This document shows positions 12,087 through 24,165 of a stretch of 64,000 nucleotides of DNA, in pieces. Source of the DNA: Octopus sinensis (taxonomy: Eukaryota); NCBI RefSeq assembly GCF_006345805.1, contig NC_043007.1:16802001-16866000 (forward strand), in the 5' to 3' direction. Under the pieces are notes generated by a model. The model was not told the origin of the DNA. It saw only the letters and a program-made list of their open reading frames with translations, and did not search any database. The stretch's first letter is position 1. Each line of letters begins with the position of its first letter. A program made the translations under genes and the position numbers.

Positions 12087-12172
12087 CTATCTATCTATCT
12101 CTATCTATCTATCTCTATCTATCTATCTCTATCTATCTATCTATCTCTATCTATCTATCAATCTATCTATCA

Positions 12173-12246
<74 letters not shown>

Positions 12247-12301
12247 CTATCTATCTATCTCTATCTATCTATCTCTATCTATCTATCTCTATCTATCTAT
12301 C

Positions 12302-12360
<59 letters not shown>

Positions 12361-12403
12361 CTCTATCTATCTATCTCTATCTATCTATCTCTATCTATCT
12401 ATC

Positions 12404-12498
<95 letters not shown>
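12002..12498. repeat. (CTAT)n microsatellite
   Basis: Direct reading. Similar tracts at 30424-30507, 30843-30925 and 41021-41400. Confidence 0.98.
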
Positions 12499-12810
12499 CT
12501 GCATTTTTATATATATATGTATATATATGTGTGGCATGTAATGGTCGCATGTAATAAGCACCCACTACACTCTCGGAGTGGTTGGCACAAGGAAGGGCGT
12601 CCAGCTGTAGAAACCTTACCAGATCAGATTGGGGCCTGGTGCAGCGTCTTCGCTTGCCAGTCCTCAGTCAAACTGTCAAACCCACACCAGCATGGAAAGT
12701 GGACATTAAATGATAATGACGACGATGATGATGATGTATATATATATGTGTGTGTGTGTGTGTGCACATGTGTAGATATACATACATACATACATACATG
12801 TAGATATACA

Positions 12811-12846
<36 letters not shown>

Positions 12847-12943
12847 TATTTCTGGCCGAAATCAGATCGCCATGTTGATTCGCTAGCCTCTGCACGCATT
12901 TTTTTTTCTCTCCTTGTTTCTTTCTGTGTTTCTTTTCTGTGTA

Positions 12944-12981
12944 TCTTTCTGTTGAAGAGCGTAGGCTCGAAACATAAAAGA
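12944..12981 (+). ncRNA. Minimal type I hammerhead-like motif in a short Penelope-type repeat (about 12850-13082)
   Basis: TCTTT-CTGTTGA-A-GAGC-GTAG-GCTC-GAAAC-ATA-AAAGA. Homologous to the 5205 copy, including downstream TTCCTGAG. Helix III G>A decay. Confidence 0.55.
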
Positions 12982-14026
12982 ATTGTTTTATTTATATTCC
13001 TGAGCGCCATACTAATACAATTGTTTGTTTGTATTCCACCTGCCTTCGTCTTTTCTTTATTTTCATAAAGCTTCCCGTTGTATATATATATATTAATATT
13101 TTGCTTAGGCATAATGAGACTAATAACCTGGTGTAGAACTCATGTATATATACTATATGTATATTTTATAGATATACATACTTTCTCATAAAGGTTTGTC
13201 CGATAGCTAATCAATGGTTTCCTATGTAACAACCATCTTTCTTTTACAAACTCTCAAGACCAGAAATCGGATTAATTTTTTTTCTTTGCTGATCCTCATT
13301 ATAATCATCATCATCATCACCACCACCACCACCACCACCATCCTCATCATCATCCTCATCATCATCCTCATCACCACCACCACCACCACTACCATCCTCA
13401 TCATCATCATCATCCTCATCATCATCTGCTTCAAAGCAGCGAGCTGACAAAACCATTAGCATCCTGTGAAAAATGCTTAGCAGTATTTAGTCCATCTATT
13501 TGCCCTGGATTCAAATGTCATTAAGGTCTTATTTTCCTTTTTCATACTTTTAAGGTTGATAAAAAAATTACAAGCTCCCTCCCTACAGATTTTCAGACCT
13601 TATATGCTAGTAGGCTTGGTGCCTATGGTAGAAAGAATCATTGTTATTACCTCCACCATGACCACCACCACCACAAGATACTTCTCCTTCACTTTGAATT
13701 ATTGCAAAAGTGTAAACATTTCTAATAGCTCAACCAAGGAAAGTACATTAGAATTAGACACTTGCACCCACACACACTCTGCTCCCCACCTCTCCCCACC
13801 AAAGCACACAATTGATGGATTTTTGGTGGATTTCGATTATAAACATTTAGCTGTTCTGTCCACATGAACTACATACATTATTTCAAAGTTTTACCTTAAA
13901 GGCATAACACAGAGGAAGTAGCTTTCGGGCTGAACAAATACATTGATGAAATGAGTGATGGAAAGGATGATATTGATGGGAGAAGACAAAAGGATGATAT
14001 TGATGGGAGAAGACAAAAGGAGACAA

Positions 14027-14650
14027 AAGCTGATAGAATCATTAGCACGCCAGGTGAAATGCTTAGTGGTATTTAATCTGCCGTTGAGTTCAAATTCTGC
14101 CGAGGTCGACTTTGCCTTTCATCCTTTCGGGGGGTCGATTAAATAAGTACCAGTTATGCACTGGGGTTGATATAGTCGACTTAAACCGTTTGTTTGTCCT
14201 TGTTTGTCCCCTCTGTGTTTAGCCCCTTGTGGGTAGTAAAGAAATAGGTATTACATCTGCCACTACGTTCTGAGTTCAAATTCTGCTGAGTTCGACTTTG
14301 CCTTTCATCCTTTCGGGGTCGATTAAATGAGTACCAGTTATGCAGTGGGGGTCGATATAATCGACTTAATCCGTTTGTCTGTCCTTGTTTGTCCCCTCTG
14401 TGTGTAGCCCCTTGTGGGCAATAAAGAAATAAGAAATGTTAGCACGCTGGGCGAAATGCTTAGCGGTATTTCATCTGCCGTTACGTTCTGAGTTCAAATT
14501 CCGCCGAGGTCAACTTTGCCTTTCATCCTTTTGGGGTTGATTAAATAAGTACCAGTTATGCACTGGGGTCGATATAATCAACTTAATCCATTTGTCTGTC
14601 CTTGTTTGTCCCCTCTGTTTGTAGCCCCTTGTGGGCAGTAAAGAAATAAG
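14027..14650 (+). mobile_element. SINE family M trimer
   Basis: Three head-to-tail units with junctions at about 14246 and 14432. Flanked by AGACAAAAG repeats (possible TSD). Confidence 0.85.
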
Positions 14651-15443
14651 AAGACAAAAGATGCCCGCCGGTCTTTTGAGCTACATACATGTCCAGTGTC
14701 TAATTGATTCTGATTTTGACATAAAGCCAGCAGTTTTTGAAGGGTAAGACATTGGTCAATACCATTAACCTCAGTTCTTGACTTGTATTGTGCATTTTTT
14801 TATCAACCTCAGAGGGGTGAAAGGCAATGGCTGACCTCAATGGGTGTAGAACCAAAAAATGTAAAGAACCTGAAGAAATACTGCAAGGTATTTTATTCCG
14901 ATGCTTTCATGATTCTGCCCTTGAATAATAATTAAATTAATGGCAAATGGCTGAGCATTCCACAAACATTCTAAACATAATTGTAAGACAGGAGCAGCAT
15001 GAGGTAGTATGTAGCAAGACTGAATCTTTGAATTACAAGTGTAATCCATCCAATGGGCTTTCACACAGCTTGTCTGTCTGTCTATCTACTCAGTTTCCCA
15101 TTTGGGGTAAATCAAGAATATAACAGAAAACACATGGGATCTTCTTAGTTTGTTTTTTTTTTTTTCTTTTTCTGATACAGACAATTGCAACTTCTGATAT
15201 GTCAGCAACAGATGCTTCTGATTGGCTAAATCTTACATAAATTAAAATACTTATAACTTTTTGCTATCAATTTCTAGAAAAAAATGAATGCAACTTTTGC
15301 ATTCATTACCATGCATTACCATGCAAAACTACAACCCCGTTGAAAATGTGAAACTAATTCTTGGTGACTGGAAAAAGTTTGAAATGATCCAATACACACT
15401 CAAAATCTCACATTTGATTCAAGCCCTGGGACCGTGGATGGAT

Positions 15444-15826
15444 GGAAGCACTCCGTCGGTTACAACGACGAGGGTTCCGGTTGATCCGAATCAACGGAAC
15501 AGCCTGCTCATGAAATTAATGTGTAAGTGGCTGAGCACTCCACAGACACGTGTACCCTCAACGTAGTTCTCGGGGATATTCAGCGTGACACAGAGAGTGA
15601 CAAGGCCGGCCCTTTGAAATACAGGTACAACAGAAACAGCAAGTAAGAGTGAGAGAAAGTTGTGGTGAAAGAGTACAGCAGGGATCACCACCATCCCCTG
15701 CCGGAGCCTCATGGAGCTTTAGGTGTTTTCGCTCAATAAACACTCACAACGCCTGGTCTGGGAATCGAAACTGCGATCCTACGACCGCGAGTCCGCTGCC
15801 CTAACCACTGGGCCATTGTGCCTCCA
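15444..15826 (-). mobile_element. tRNA-derived SINE family R
   Basis: On the minus strand GGAGGCACAATGGCCCAGTGGTTAGGGCAGCGGACTCGCGG...GTTTCGATTCCC. Plus-strand copy at about 29150-29520. Confidence 0.85.
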
Positions 15827-18068
15827 CCCTGGGATCTTATGAGTACAAAGAAGTGAACTTCTTCACCACTCAGCCATACCAGAGTTAACTTAAACACAAT
15901 CGATCAGTGTTAAAAGTACATCTTTATTACCTATATCATCCTTTTCATCACTCATTCTTCTTTCAGTTTCTATCTACCAAATCCACTCACAAGGCTATAG
16001 TAAAAGACACTTGCCCAAGGCGTAGGAGGACTGAATATAGAACCTTGTGGTTGGGAAGCAAGCTTCTTACCACACAGTCATGCCTGTGTCTTTATAAGCA
16101 ATTATTGAATGTTGTTAATATTGATTTCTAATCTAAGATCTAGGACACAGATTTCTTTTGTGTATTTGTGTGTCAGATCAGTAGCATGGCGAGTGGAAAG
16201 GTGAGGGAGTGGGCAGTCCATCTGGGCTGGTATATTTTAATCTGCTGTATAAGCCTGTATAAGTTTGGTGGGGGTGGCAAATTCAAAGGATGCTCTGGGC
16301 AGCACACATTCTAACTATACCACAGAGGGTGGGGGATTGAAATTGAAGGCTTTTGAGTACCCTATTGCTTTGATAAGTACATATTTATCTCTGCCCTTAG
16401 CTCACCCACAGAAGGTTGAATGGTAAAGGGGAATCCCTGGGAGAATTTGAACCTAAAACTTAGAGACTTGATTTATTATCGTGACCACTTCTGCTATCTC
16501 TCTGCTCATTTTATACTATTAATCCATAATTCATGTGGGGATATATATATATATCTTTATATAATATATATTTTATTTACTTGTGACAGTCATTTTGACT
16601 GTGGCCATGCTGGAGTACCACCTTGAGGTATATTTGTTGAAAAATTCAACCCCAGGTCTTATTTTTAAGCCTAGTACTTATTCTACCAGTTTCTTTACCA
16701 AACTGCTAAGTTACAAAGATGTAAACAAACTAACACTGGTTGTCAAGTAGTGATGGAAGGACAAGCACAAACACAAACACACACATACATGTATATATAT
16801 ATGATCCCTGTGCTGGTAGCAAGTAAAAAGCACCATCCGAACATGACCGATGCCAGTGCCACCTTGACTGGCTTCCGTGCCGGTGGCACGTAAAAAGCAC
16901 CAACCGATCATGGTCATTGCCAGCCTCCTCTGGCCCCTGTGCTGGTGGCATGTAAAAAGCACCCGCTACACTCTCAGAGTGTAGGTTGGCATTAGGAAGA
17001 GCATCCAGCTGTAGAAACACTGCTAGATCAGACTGGAGCTTAGTGCAGCCCCCTGGCTTCCCAGACCCCAGTCAAACCATCCAACCCATGCCAGCATGGA
17101 AAACGGACGTTAAAGGATGTTGATGATTATATATATATATATACATATATATGATGGGCTTCTTTTAGTTCGTGTCAACGAAATCCACTCACAAGGCTTT
17201 GGTTGGTGCAGGGCTGTAGTTGAAGGCATTTGCCCAAGGTGCCATGCAGTGGGACTGAACCTGGAACCATGTGATTGGGAAGTAAGCTTCTTACCACATG
17301 TCCAAACCTGTTTATACATACACAACACATATATGCCTACATGCATACCTACCATACTCCAATTGCCTGAGTACAATGTGACTTAAGATTTTGATCAATA
17401 TGCTGTTTTCAAAAAAAAAAAGGAATAAATAAATAAAATAAAATAATTTATAAATAAATAGATAAATGAAATAATAAATAAACAAAAAATAAAAGAATAA
17501 GATTATAAAGTACTTCTAATTGGTTTATTATTATTTTATCATCTCCATAGTAACCACCAACCCATGTAACAAACTGCTCAATATAGTAATTGATTTATAG
17601 CTACTCTAGCAATTATTTTAACCACTGATTTTTCTTTTATTTCTATGAGGGCATGGGTGTGTGTTGAGAAGTTTGTTTTCTAACCACATGGTTCCAGGTT
17701 CAATCCCATAGTGTGGCACCTTGGGCAAATGTCTCTTATTATAGACCTGGGCTGACCAGAGCCTTGTAGACAGAAACTGAAAGAAACCCATTATATATAT
17801 TTACATATACATATACATATATATACTCACACACACACACACACATATACATGGACACACACATATATATATATATTTATATTTACATATTATTTTATTT
17901 GTTTCAGTCATTTGACTGTGGCCATGCTGGACCACTGCCCTTAGTTGAAGCCTAGTACTTATTCTATCGGTCTCTTTTGCTGAACCACTAAGTTACGGGG
18001 ATGTAATCACACCAGCATCGGTTGTCAAGCGATGGTGGTGAGATAAACACAGACACACAAACATATAC

Positions 18069-18131
<63 letters not shown>

Positions 18132-18724
18132 CACAACAGGCTTCTTTCAGTTTCCGTCTACCAAATCCACTCACACGGGTTTGGTTGGCCCAAGGCTATA
18201 GTAGAAGACACTTATCCAAGGTGCCATTGCAGTGGGACTGAACCCGGGACCATGTGGTTGGTAAGCAAGCTACTTATCAACCACCACTCCTGCGCCTATA
18301 TATATATTTACATGTATATATATATATATACATACATACATACATATATATATACATACATATATATATATTATATATATATATATCATCATCATCATCA
18401 TCATCATTGTTTAACTTCTGCCTTCCATGCCGATATGGGTGTTATATACAGGGCTGGCCAAAAGTCCCCCGACTGTAAATCAAAATTCCATAAATACTAT
18501 CTGCAATTCTGTATTGACACGAATGGAAAAACATGCCACTCAGGAAGAACTTCAGTGGCGAAACCCACAATGATCCACCTTCCTTTATTTTATTCAGGGA
18601 TTGTGTACAGTATTGGAAAAGCTGTACCTGGGGCACACAAACCTGAGCTGAAAAAACTGGCGACGAGAAGGAAAGGGGCAGACATTAGATAATTTAGTCC
18701 TAGCTGTACTATGCCTGTGGATGG

Positions 18725-18878
18725 TCACGAGGGTAACACCTCTGAGCTACTCGTGTGGTCTTCCACTGGAACGCTTTTGATCGACTTAATTAGAGTTGAT
18801 CCATCATCATCGTCGTCGTCGTCTTTAAATTCATCAACAACTTCGTGCAGACAGCCAACCGTCTCCATACTGTCTCTC
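18725..18878 (-). CDS. Candidate terminal exon of a small secreted protein
   Basis: Acceptor ...TTCTTTTGTCCAAAACATAAG, phase 2. Encodes RDSMETVGCLHEVVDEFKDDDDDDDGSTLIKSIKSVPVEDHTSSSEVLPS*. AATAAA signals at 18584-18594. Confidence 0.5.
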
Positions 18879-19045
18879 CTTATGTTTTGGACAAAAGAAC
18901 GAAGTCATTTGAATAAAATGCGTGTAAGGACTTTAAGTATTCATGACTCAAAACCAGGAGCTGCGACCAGTTTAAAAACGCAAGTTGTCTAGGGACCTGC
19001 TAGAAATAGCAGCCAAATCTTCCTGCATGCATTACCCTCCTGATA

Positions 19046-19437
19046 TCTCTCTATATATAAAGCTGAAGTTGTCTGTGTATGGCAGGTTTTGTAGCCTTCA
19101 ACTAACACTATCTCCTCCGAGACCCTGCGGCACAAGTTGACCAAAATTGAGAGTATGATAGAAGAAGGCTTGCTCTTCCTTCCATAGAAGAAAAAATTCA
19201 AATCGGACCATGTTAACACCAAAAATTATTTACATCAAAAAGGTGCTTTTTTTCTCTGAAAATCCCTGTTTTTTACGGTTTTTTGACTGCTGTGTCGCCA
19301 TTTTTCGGTGTATTTCAACCAGAAAAATGTTCACTTAAAGAGAATAACAAACTACATAATGCAAAATTTTTACTTTTCAAAAATTCCAATTCTAAAGGGT
19401 CGAAACAAACCCGAGCAACGCCGGGCGATAGTGCTAG
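19046..19437 (+). mobile_element. Non-autonomous Helitron
   Basis: A|TC start, subterminal hairpin CCCGAGCAACGCCGGG, CTAG|T end, no TSD. Second copy at 37574-37967. Confidence 0.85.
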
Positions 19438-19796
19438 TTTTAAATAAAGCAAAGACTATGACTCCTTAGATGTAGTGCTCCTTAACCACCTCACCACAAA
19501 AGACAGGAAACTGATGGCTAAAATACTTATTGAGTTCAAAGTTTATCTAGAGAGGTGGACAAAAAAACTATAATAGTAGAGAAATGGGTAGAAGCGTTTA
19601 TACAGAGACAGCACTTAAGACAGGGATGGCAAATATTAACAGAAGGAGATTCTCAATTTGAGAAGGAAAGAGGGGTAAAAGGAAGTGTGAGGTTTCAGGT
19701 CAAATGAGATAACACTTAGCAGCTTAACGCTTTCGAAAGTTGCCCCAGATGGTGTTCTCCCACCATTGAATAGATCTTTAAAAGTACCATACATAC

Positions 19797-19909
19797 ATAA
19801 ATACACCCTGCCAGGCAGACGTCAGTTTTCGACGGCGACATTTATTCGGGGTTAATTGAACCGAAGCATGAACATACAACAGCAAAATAAATAGATTAAA
19901 ATAATCCAT
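19797..19909 (-). CDS. Candidate first coding exon (signal-peptide-like)
   Basis: MDYFNLFILLLYVHASVQLTPNKCRRRKLTSAWQGVF plus AT|GTATGT donor. Phase matches the 18878 acceptor. Confidence 0.5.
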
Positions 19910-20058
19910 TAAAATATTTACAACCAAATCCTTTAGAAATAGCTATACCGCTACAACAACCACAAATACATGGGGGTCGATTTCTTCGACTAAAACCCTT
20001 TAAGGCGATACTCCAGCATGGCCGCAGTCAAATGACTGATACAAGTAAAAGAATAAAA

Positions 20059-20462
20059 GGATCTTCTCGGTTTGAACAGCAGTTTTTTAAAACTAGACAC
20101 TTTTAAACTTCGTATACTGGTAGAATGTGTTAATAAAACATCCTTTTCTCATGGCTTTATTGAGAAAATTCTATGGTTTGTAAGATATTTGTTGTTTTTT
20201 TTCTTCAATTTCTGCAATTTCAACCAATCAATGTCGTCCATTGAGGTAAATAACATTCTGTGCCGTATGAATATGTCCCTCGTTTAAGAAACAGATTGGG
20301 TTTATTTACATTTCTGAAGAAAAAAAGATACCCTTCCCCCACCCCCTAACCCTAACCCTAAAATAGATTGAAATGCAATAGATAGATACTAGGGTCATAA
20401 TCATGGGTGACAATTTCATATGACACCGCTAGGAAAAACTGCCGTTCAAACCGAAAAGATCC
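20059..20462. mobile_element. Merlin-like MITE family A (GGATCTTTTCGG TIR)
   Basis: TIRs present, 8-bp TSD GAATAAAA, internal (CCCTAA)3. Opposite orientation to the 22439 and 23603 copies. Confidence 0.85.
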
Positions 20463-20537
20463 GAATAAAATAATAAAATTAATGAATAAATAGTTGGCAC
20501 GCAACACATACATATTGACACCCATCACAAACATATA

Positions 20538-20654
20538 CAAGGAGTGTATGAAAAGTTTTGAGTCTTGAAGTCTTGTACCTTCATCAGAAGTCTTGTACCA
20601 TGTTGGTTTTTTTTTGTTTTTTTTTGAGACTCAAGACTTTTCATACACCCCTTG
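20538..20654. mobile_element. Mariner-type MITE
   Basis: TA|CAAGGAGTGTATGAAAAGTTTTGAGTCT...AGACTCAAGACTTTTCATACACCCCTTG|TA. Confidence 0.75.
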
Positions 20655-21445
20655 TATATCTAAAAAACGAAACTTGAAATTTTGAAGAAATATTGTGTCG
20701 GTACGTAAATGTACTCATACGTTGGCGTAGGAGTGGCTGTGTGGTAAGTAGCTTGCTTACGAACCACATGGTCCCGGGTTCAGTCCCACTGCGTGGCACC
20801 TTGGGCAAGTGTCTTTTACTATAGCCTCGGGTCAACCAATGCCTTGTGAGTGGATTTGGTAGACAGAAACTGAAAGAAGCCCGTAGTATGTATATATATA
20901 TATATATGTGTGTCTGTGTTTGTCCCCCCAACATAATTGACAACCGATGCTGGTGTGTTTACGTCCCTGTAACTTAGCGGTTCGATAGAATAAGTACTAG
21001 GCTTGCAAAGAATAAGTCCTAGGGTCGAGATGCTCGACTAAAGGCGGTGCTCCATGAGTAAAGAGAGTATACGCCATCTTTTCTGTTTTAACATTAAATT
21101 CCAATGACTCTCCCCAGACACAACAGAATATGCTTCAATACACGAACTCACATAAAGAATCTTGCAAACCAAATCCAAAAACGAAATATTAAATTCCAAT
21201 ATAATTGTAATCTATCCCATCTGAAAGGTATTTGTTTGAAAATTTCATAGAAATATCCATTTTTCAGAAAGTTATGACGAAACAAAATCGGAAGGAGTGG
21301 AACAGACGTGTGGGTATGCCTAAAGAAAATATTGCATTTTAAATTAAAAGAAATATCTGTAACGTTGATATAGTTCCACAGGGTACCATTTAATTTTTAT
21401 TTATTTTATATCGCATTTTATGAACAATAACATCTTTGGTTACAG

Positions 21446-21598
21446 GTTTCCAACGAGCCAGTCACTCAGTTGGTTAGTTACATTTACAATGGCGATTGTG
21501 ATAAGGGATTGTGGTGCAACTCGGACGGAACAACTGCAACGAAGACGATATTATTTGACGGTTACTACACAGGTCTACCGATTTTCTCACCGATATAG
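21446..21598 (+). CDS. Possible exon (frame uncertain)
   Basis: Acceptor CTTTGGTTACAG. Two frames are open: VSNEPVTQLVSYIYNGDCDKGLWCNSDG...* or FPTSQSLSWLVTFTMAIVIRDC.... Possible upstream exon at 21268-21313. Confidence 0.3.
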   Translation, partial: VSNEPVTQLVSYIYNGDCDKGLWCNSDGTTATKTILFDGYYTGLPIFSPI

Positions 21599-21706
21599 CA
21601 TAAAACATCAACACCAATCACAACAATCATAAATGTGATGACAATGATGATGATGATGATGACAACGATGACGATAATTGTGGTGGTAGTGGTGGTAGTA
21701 ATAGTA

Positions 21707-21992
21707 GATACTATTTAAGAAGAGTGGCTCCGGTACGCGCACTCGTGTACTCGCGCCAGCTAGTCGTGATTAGTCGATCCTTACTTTGTGTTTTTGTGTT
21801 TTATTAACTTTGCTTAAAAATTATTTACTTTGTGTTTTATTTACTTTTTTAAAAAAATTACTTTGTGTAAAAAAATTATTTATTTTGTGTTTTATTTACT
21901 TTGTTAGGTAGTCGTTGTAGGATCGACTAGTCACGACTAGCTAACGCGGATGCGCGAGTACGCAAGTGCGCGCACTCTTCTTAAATAGTACC
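21707..21992. mobile_element. Merlin/MULE-like MITE family B
   Basis: TIR GGTACTATTTAAGAAGAGTG with subterminal inverted arms. 9-bp TSD GTAATAGTA/GTGATAGTA. Confidence 0.8.
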
Positions 21993-22438
21993 GTGATAGT
22001 AGTGGTAGAAAAGTGTCGAAATTTCTTCCCAAACACGGTTATAGTTAGAAGAATGGCAAGATAAATATACTCAGAAATAATTGAAGAAAAAAAAGAAAAA
22101 CAAAAAAATTACTCGCGGAAATCGAACTGGAATGGTGATAGAAATTTAAAGTATTGTTGGGTACCTGAAAGGGAAATCTTAAAAAATACCAGGTTGATGA
22201 GTCCAACCTTGCCTTTTATCCTTTTGGGGGCCGATAAAATAAATACCAGTTGAACACCGGGGATGATTTAATTGACTTACCGCCTCCCCTGAAATTGCGG
22301 GCCTTGTGCCAAAATTTGAAATGAATATATGTACATAGCTTCACGAGCTATGGCTACCAAGGAATAACTTCTACTCAATAGTGAGCTGGTAAAAATTTTA
22401 ATAACCGGTTCGATGAATTGCTAAAATAAACAATTCAA

Positions 22439-22883
22439 GGATCTTTTCGGTTTGAACGGCAGTTTTTTCTAGCGGTGTCATATGAAATTGTCACCCATAA
22501 TTATGACCCTAGTATCGATCTATTGCATTTCAATCTGTTTTAGGGTTAGGGTTAGAGTTAGAGTTAGTTAGCATTAGGGGTGGGGGAAGGGTATCTTTTT
22601 TTCTTCACAAATGTAAATAAACCCAATCTGTTTCTTAAACGAGGGACATATTCATACGGCACAGAATGTTTTTTTTTTTACCTCAATAGACGTCATTGAT
22701 CGGTTGAAATTGCAGAAATTGAAGAAAAAACAACAGCAAATATCTTACAAACTATAGAATTTTCTCAATAAAGCCAAGAGAAAAAGATGTTTTATAAACA
22801 CATTCTACCAGTACAGGAAGTTTAAAAGTGTTTAGTTACGTGGAAATTATTTTAAAAAACTGCCGTTCAAACCGAAAAGATCC
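22439..22883. mobile_element. Merlin-like MITE family A with TTAGGG tract
   Basis: GGATCTTTTCGGTTTGAACGGCAG...CTGCCGTTCAAACCGAAAAGATCC. Confidence 0.85.
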
Positions 22884-23493
22884 CGGTTTTGTTTTAAACA
22901 ATTCAAATTCGTCAACAGAATATCTAAAACAAATCATTCAAAATTGTTGGCGATAGTGGAGCACCAAACTGATTTCAAGTTTCCTATCTATATATGTAAC
23001 CTCGTTTATCACCGATTCAGTCTTCACCGACCCAGGAAAACACGGTGCGCCCAATTGTGAGCCTTGATACGCTTACTACGGGTTGATTTATGATTGCACG
23101 GGTCAGCAGTCAGTCAGTCGAAGATGTTGCTTGTACTATAAAAGCGTACCCCAGTGACCACCCACAACGCTTGGTTCAGCTACTCAGAATGCACTGACTA
23201 TCTCTCTTGTATTTACATAACCCGGTTGCGAAGCCGCGTAATTTTTTTAATACGAATTCATATATACTCGCACCCATCAACAGGGGACCCGTGAACAGAA
23301 AAAATATGAAGGCGCCTGATCTTAATAAACGAAGCAGACGAGTGCTGTTCTCTACAGGAAAAGGTAAAGATGATAAAGAAATCGCGTGATGCTGTGGACC
23401 GAGGATTTGGTGTCAATGAATCTCTATTCATTTATCACCTTTTTTGTATTTTTTATTTTTAACCACCCCCACCCCCGTGATAAACGAAGATAC

Positions 23494-24165
23494 GGTACTA
23501 TTTAAGAAGAGTGCGCACTCGCGTACTCGCGCTAGCTAGTCGTAACTAGTCGATCCTTACTGTGTGTTTTTGTGTTTTATTTACTTTGTTTAAAAAAAAT
23601 TAGGATCTTTTCGGTTTGAACGGCAGTTTTTTCTAGCTGTGTCATATGAAGTTGTCACCCATAATTATGACCCTAGTATCGATCTATTGCATTTCAATCT
23701 ATTTTAGGGTTAGGGTTAGGGGTGGGGGAAGGGTATCTTTTTTTCTTCACAAATGTAAATAAACCCAATCTGTTTCTTAAACGATGGACATATTCATACG
23801 GCACAGAATGTTTTTTTTACCTCAATAGACATCATTGATTGGTTGAAATTGAAGAAAAAAACAACAAATATCTTACAAACTATAGAATTTTCTCAATAAA
23901 GCCAAGAGAAAAAGATGTTTTATAAACACATTCTACCAGTATACGAAGTTTAAAAGTGTTTAGTTACGTGGAAATTATTTTAAAAAACTGCCGTTCAAAC
24001 CGAAAAGATCCAAAAATTATTTACTTTGTGTAAAAAAAATGATTTATTTTGTGTTTTATTTACTTTGCTTGGTAGTCGTTGTAGGATCGACTAGTCACGA
24101 CTAGCTAGCGCGGATGCGCGAGTACGCGAGTGCACGCACCGGGACCACTCTTCTTAGATAGGACC
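23494..24165. mobile_element. MITE family B carrying a nested family A MITE
   Basis: Perfect 9-bp TSD CGAAGATAC at 23485-23493 and 24166-24174. Confidence 0.85.
23603..24011. mobile_element. Nested Merlin-like MITE family A
   Basis: Perfect TIRs and 8-bp TSD AAAAATTA. Confidence 0.9.

Noticed and set aside
15444-15826. tRNA genes (heads of families R, M, C and V)
   Set aside because: They have A/B-box-like motifs but no complete cloverleaf, and continue into SINE bodies.
16814-16963. CRISPR-like repeat/spacer appearance
   Set aside because: Eukaryotic context, no cas genes, spacers related to each other and part of a multicopy retroposon.
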